This document shows positions 62,413 to 64,000 of a stretch of 64,000 bases of DNA, one piece after another. The translations under genes and the position numbers were made by a program. How positions within the stretch are numbered: position 1 is the stretch's first letter; every line of letters begins with the position of its first letter. The notes beneath the pieces were generated by a model. That model was not told the origin of the DNA. It was given only the letters and a program-made list of their open reading frames with translations, and made no database searches. The stretch lies in assembly GCA_031835245.2 (NCBI GenBank), contig JAVKOQ020000026.1:186001-250000 (forward strand), read 5' to 3'. This DNA comes from Balamuthia mandrillaris. Its lineage: Eukaryota.

Positions 62413-64000
62413 ATGGGTAGGGCTGGTTTGTGTCGCTTAGGAGGCCTGTCGGCGGCCCTGCTTCTGTTGTTTGTCTTGGTTGCCTCCGCCGCCGCAACGG
62501 ACGGGTTTCTGCTGGGGAGACCCAAGGCCTCTCCCGCCGAGCAAGTGAAAGCTGTGCAGGGCCTCGTCTCGCGACTTTTGGGTCCGCAGTACCTCCCCTC
62601 TTTTCAGCTTACCGTCAGCTCCTCGCCCAACTTGACCACCGACTACTTCCAACTCTCCTCGAAGCAGTGAGTTTTCTCTCTCTCTCTCTCTCTTCTCGCT
62701 CTACCTCTTTCTAACATTATGTAAGGATCGATTCGAAAACGGTCATCTTCATTGAAGGATCGTCTGGAGTCTCTTTGGCATCGGGCTTGTACCACTACTT
62801 GAAACACTATTGCAATGCCATCGTGACGTGGGGCGAAGATGGAACTGGGAATCAACTCTCTCTTCCTTCGCCCTTGCCTCCTGTTGTTGTCGACGCGAAG
62901 AAAGGCGAGGGGAGTGAAGAAGAAGAAGAAGAAGAAGGGGAAGACCAGGAGGTGGTTGTCGCCACAGTGCCGTATCGTTATTACATGAACGTGTGTACGG
63001 TCAGTTACTCATCGGCGTGGTGGCAGTGGGACCGATGGGAGAAGGAGATTGACTGGATGGCATTGCATGGTATCAACCTGCCACTTTCATTCACGGGACA
63101 AGAGTACATATGGTCACTGGTAGCTATGATTGCTTCGACTTGCCCAATCTTCTCGTTCTTCTTGTTCTGTGACTTTTGGAAGTTATTGTGTCTGACCGTG
63201 TGCTTTTAGGTTTACACAAAACTTGGTTTGACAGAGGAGGAGGTTGCAGAGTATTTAGGCGGACCCGCCTTTCTAGCTTGGACTCGGATGGGTAATGTTC
63301 AAGAGTGGGGAGGGCCTCTTACTTCAACATGGCAGTTTGCTCAAGTACTATTCTCGTCTTCTTTGAAGAATCCATACTTCTGATTACTAACGGTTGCTTT
63401 CGTTGTGAAGGCACAATTGCAAAAGAAAATCCTTCAACGACAACGCCAGTTCGGAATGATTCCTGTTTTGCCTGGATTTGCTGGTCTCTCTCTCTCTCTC
63501 TCTCTCTCCGTGGTTATCTCTTTCTTCTATTTTTTTCTCACTCGTTCTCTTCTCTTCTTTCTTGTTCTTGTTCTTCTTCGTTCTTCTTTCTTCGTTCTTC
63601 TTCGTTCTTTAGTTGTCTGTGCTAGTTCTATTCTCCATTCTTTCCATCTTCTAAAGTCCGTCTCATTAAAACAGGACATGTTCCAAAAGCCATTCAACGA
63701 ATCTTTCCAAAAGCCAATCTTACAGAAGGTTACTGGAATAGCTTTACTTCCCCTTACAACCCGACTTATCTGTTGGATCCATTGGACCCAGCATTCCTTC
63801 AAATTGGCAGCACGTTCATTAAACTGCAAACCAGTTACTTTGGCACAGACCACATCTACAACGCCGATACCTTCAACGAAATGACTCCCGTCTCAAGCGA
63901 TGCCTCTTACCTCGCTGCCACCAGCAAAGCTGTCTTGCAAGGAATGAAAGTAGCAGATCCGTCCGCTAAGTGGTTGATGCAAGGATGGCTCTTTTTGAGC
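62413..64000 (+). CDS. NAGLU: Alpha-N-acetylglucosaminidase (GH89), 5' part
   Basis: Signal peptide, RYYMNVCTVSYSSAWW.W.RWEKEIDWMALHGIN, GPAFLAW.RMGN, GMIPVLPGFAG, DHIYNADTFNEM, WLMQGWLF. Confidence 0.95.

Overview
Gene-dense, intron-rich eukaryotic genomic DNA with short GT-AG introns that often contain microsatellites. About 31 protein-coding genes can be supported. A CudA-family transcription factor and a Frizzled/Smoothened-like (Fsl-type) GPCR point to an amoebozoan; an Acanthamoeba/Balamuthia-like amoeba is my inference, not proven. Housekeeping genes include a PMR1/SPCA ATPase (3' half), ZGPAT, MBD4-like, EDEM3-like, a GH31 glycosidase, SEC11, RPT5, SLC37, PTC7, TAM41, PTPMT1 and NAGLU (5' part). 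The most striking feature, invisible in the ORF track, is a tandem pair of secreted-protein genes at 3884-9691. In them each 18-22 aa Gly/Ala beta-solenoid-like repeat is its own 54-66 nt phase-1 micro-exon (10 in one copy, 17 in the other), giving a frame-preserving modular cassette array that resembles adhesin or fibre heads. Other highlights are a cluster of four sulfotransferases (one HS6ST-like) around an SLC37 transporter, a secreted 10-Cys acanthaporin-like candidate, a probable element inserted in the ATPase intron, a 29-bp perfect inverted repeat, and a GTCGAC motif enriched in promoter regions. Exon boundaries were read by hand, and family assignments come from recalled motifs, not database searches.
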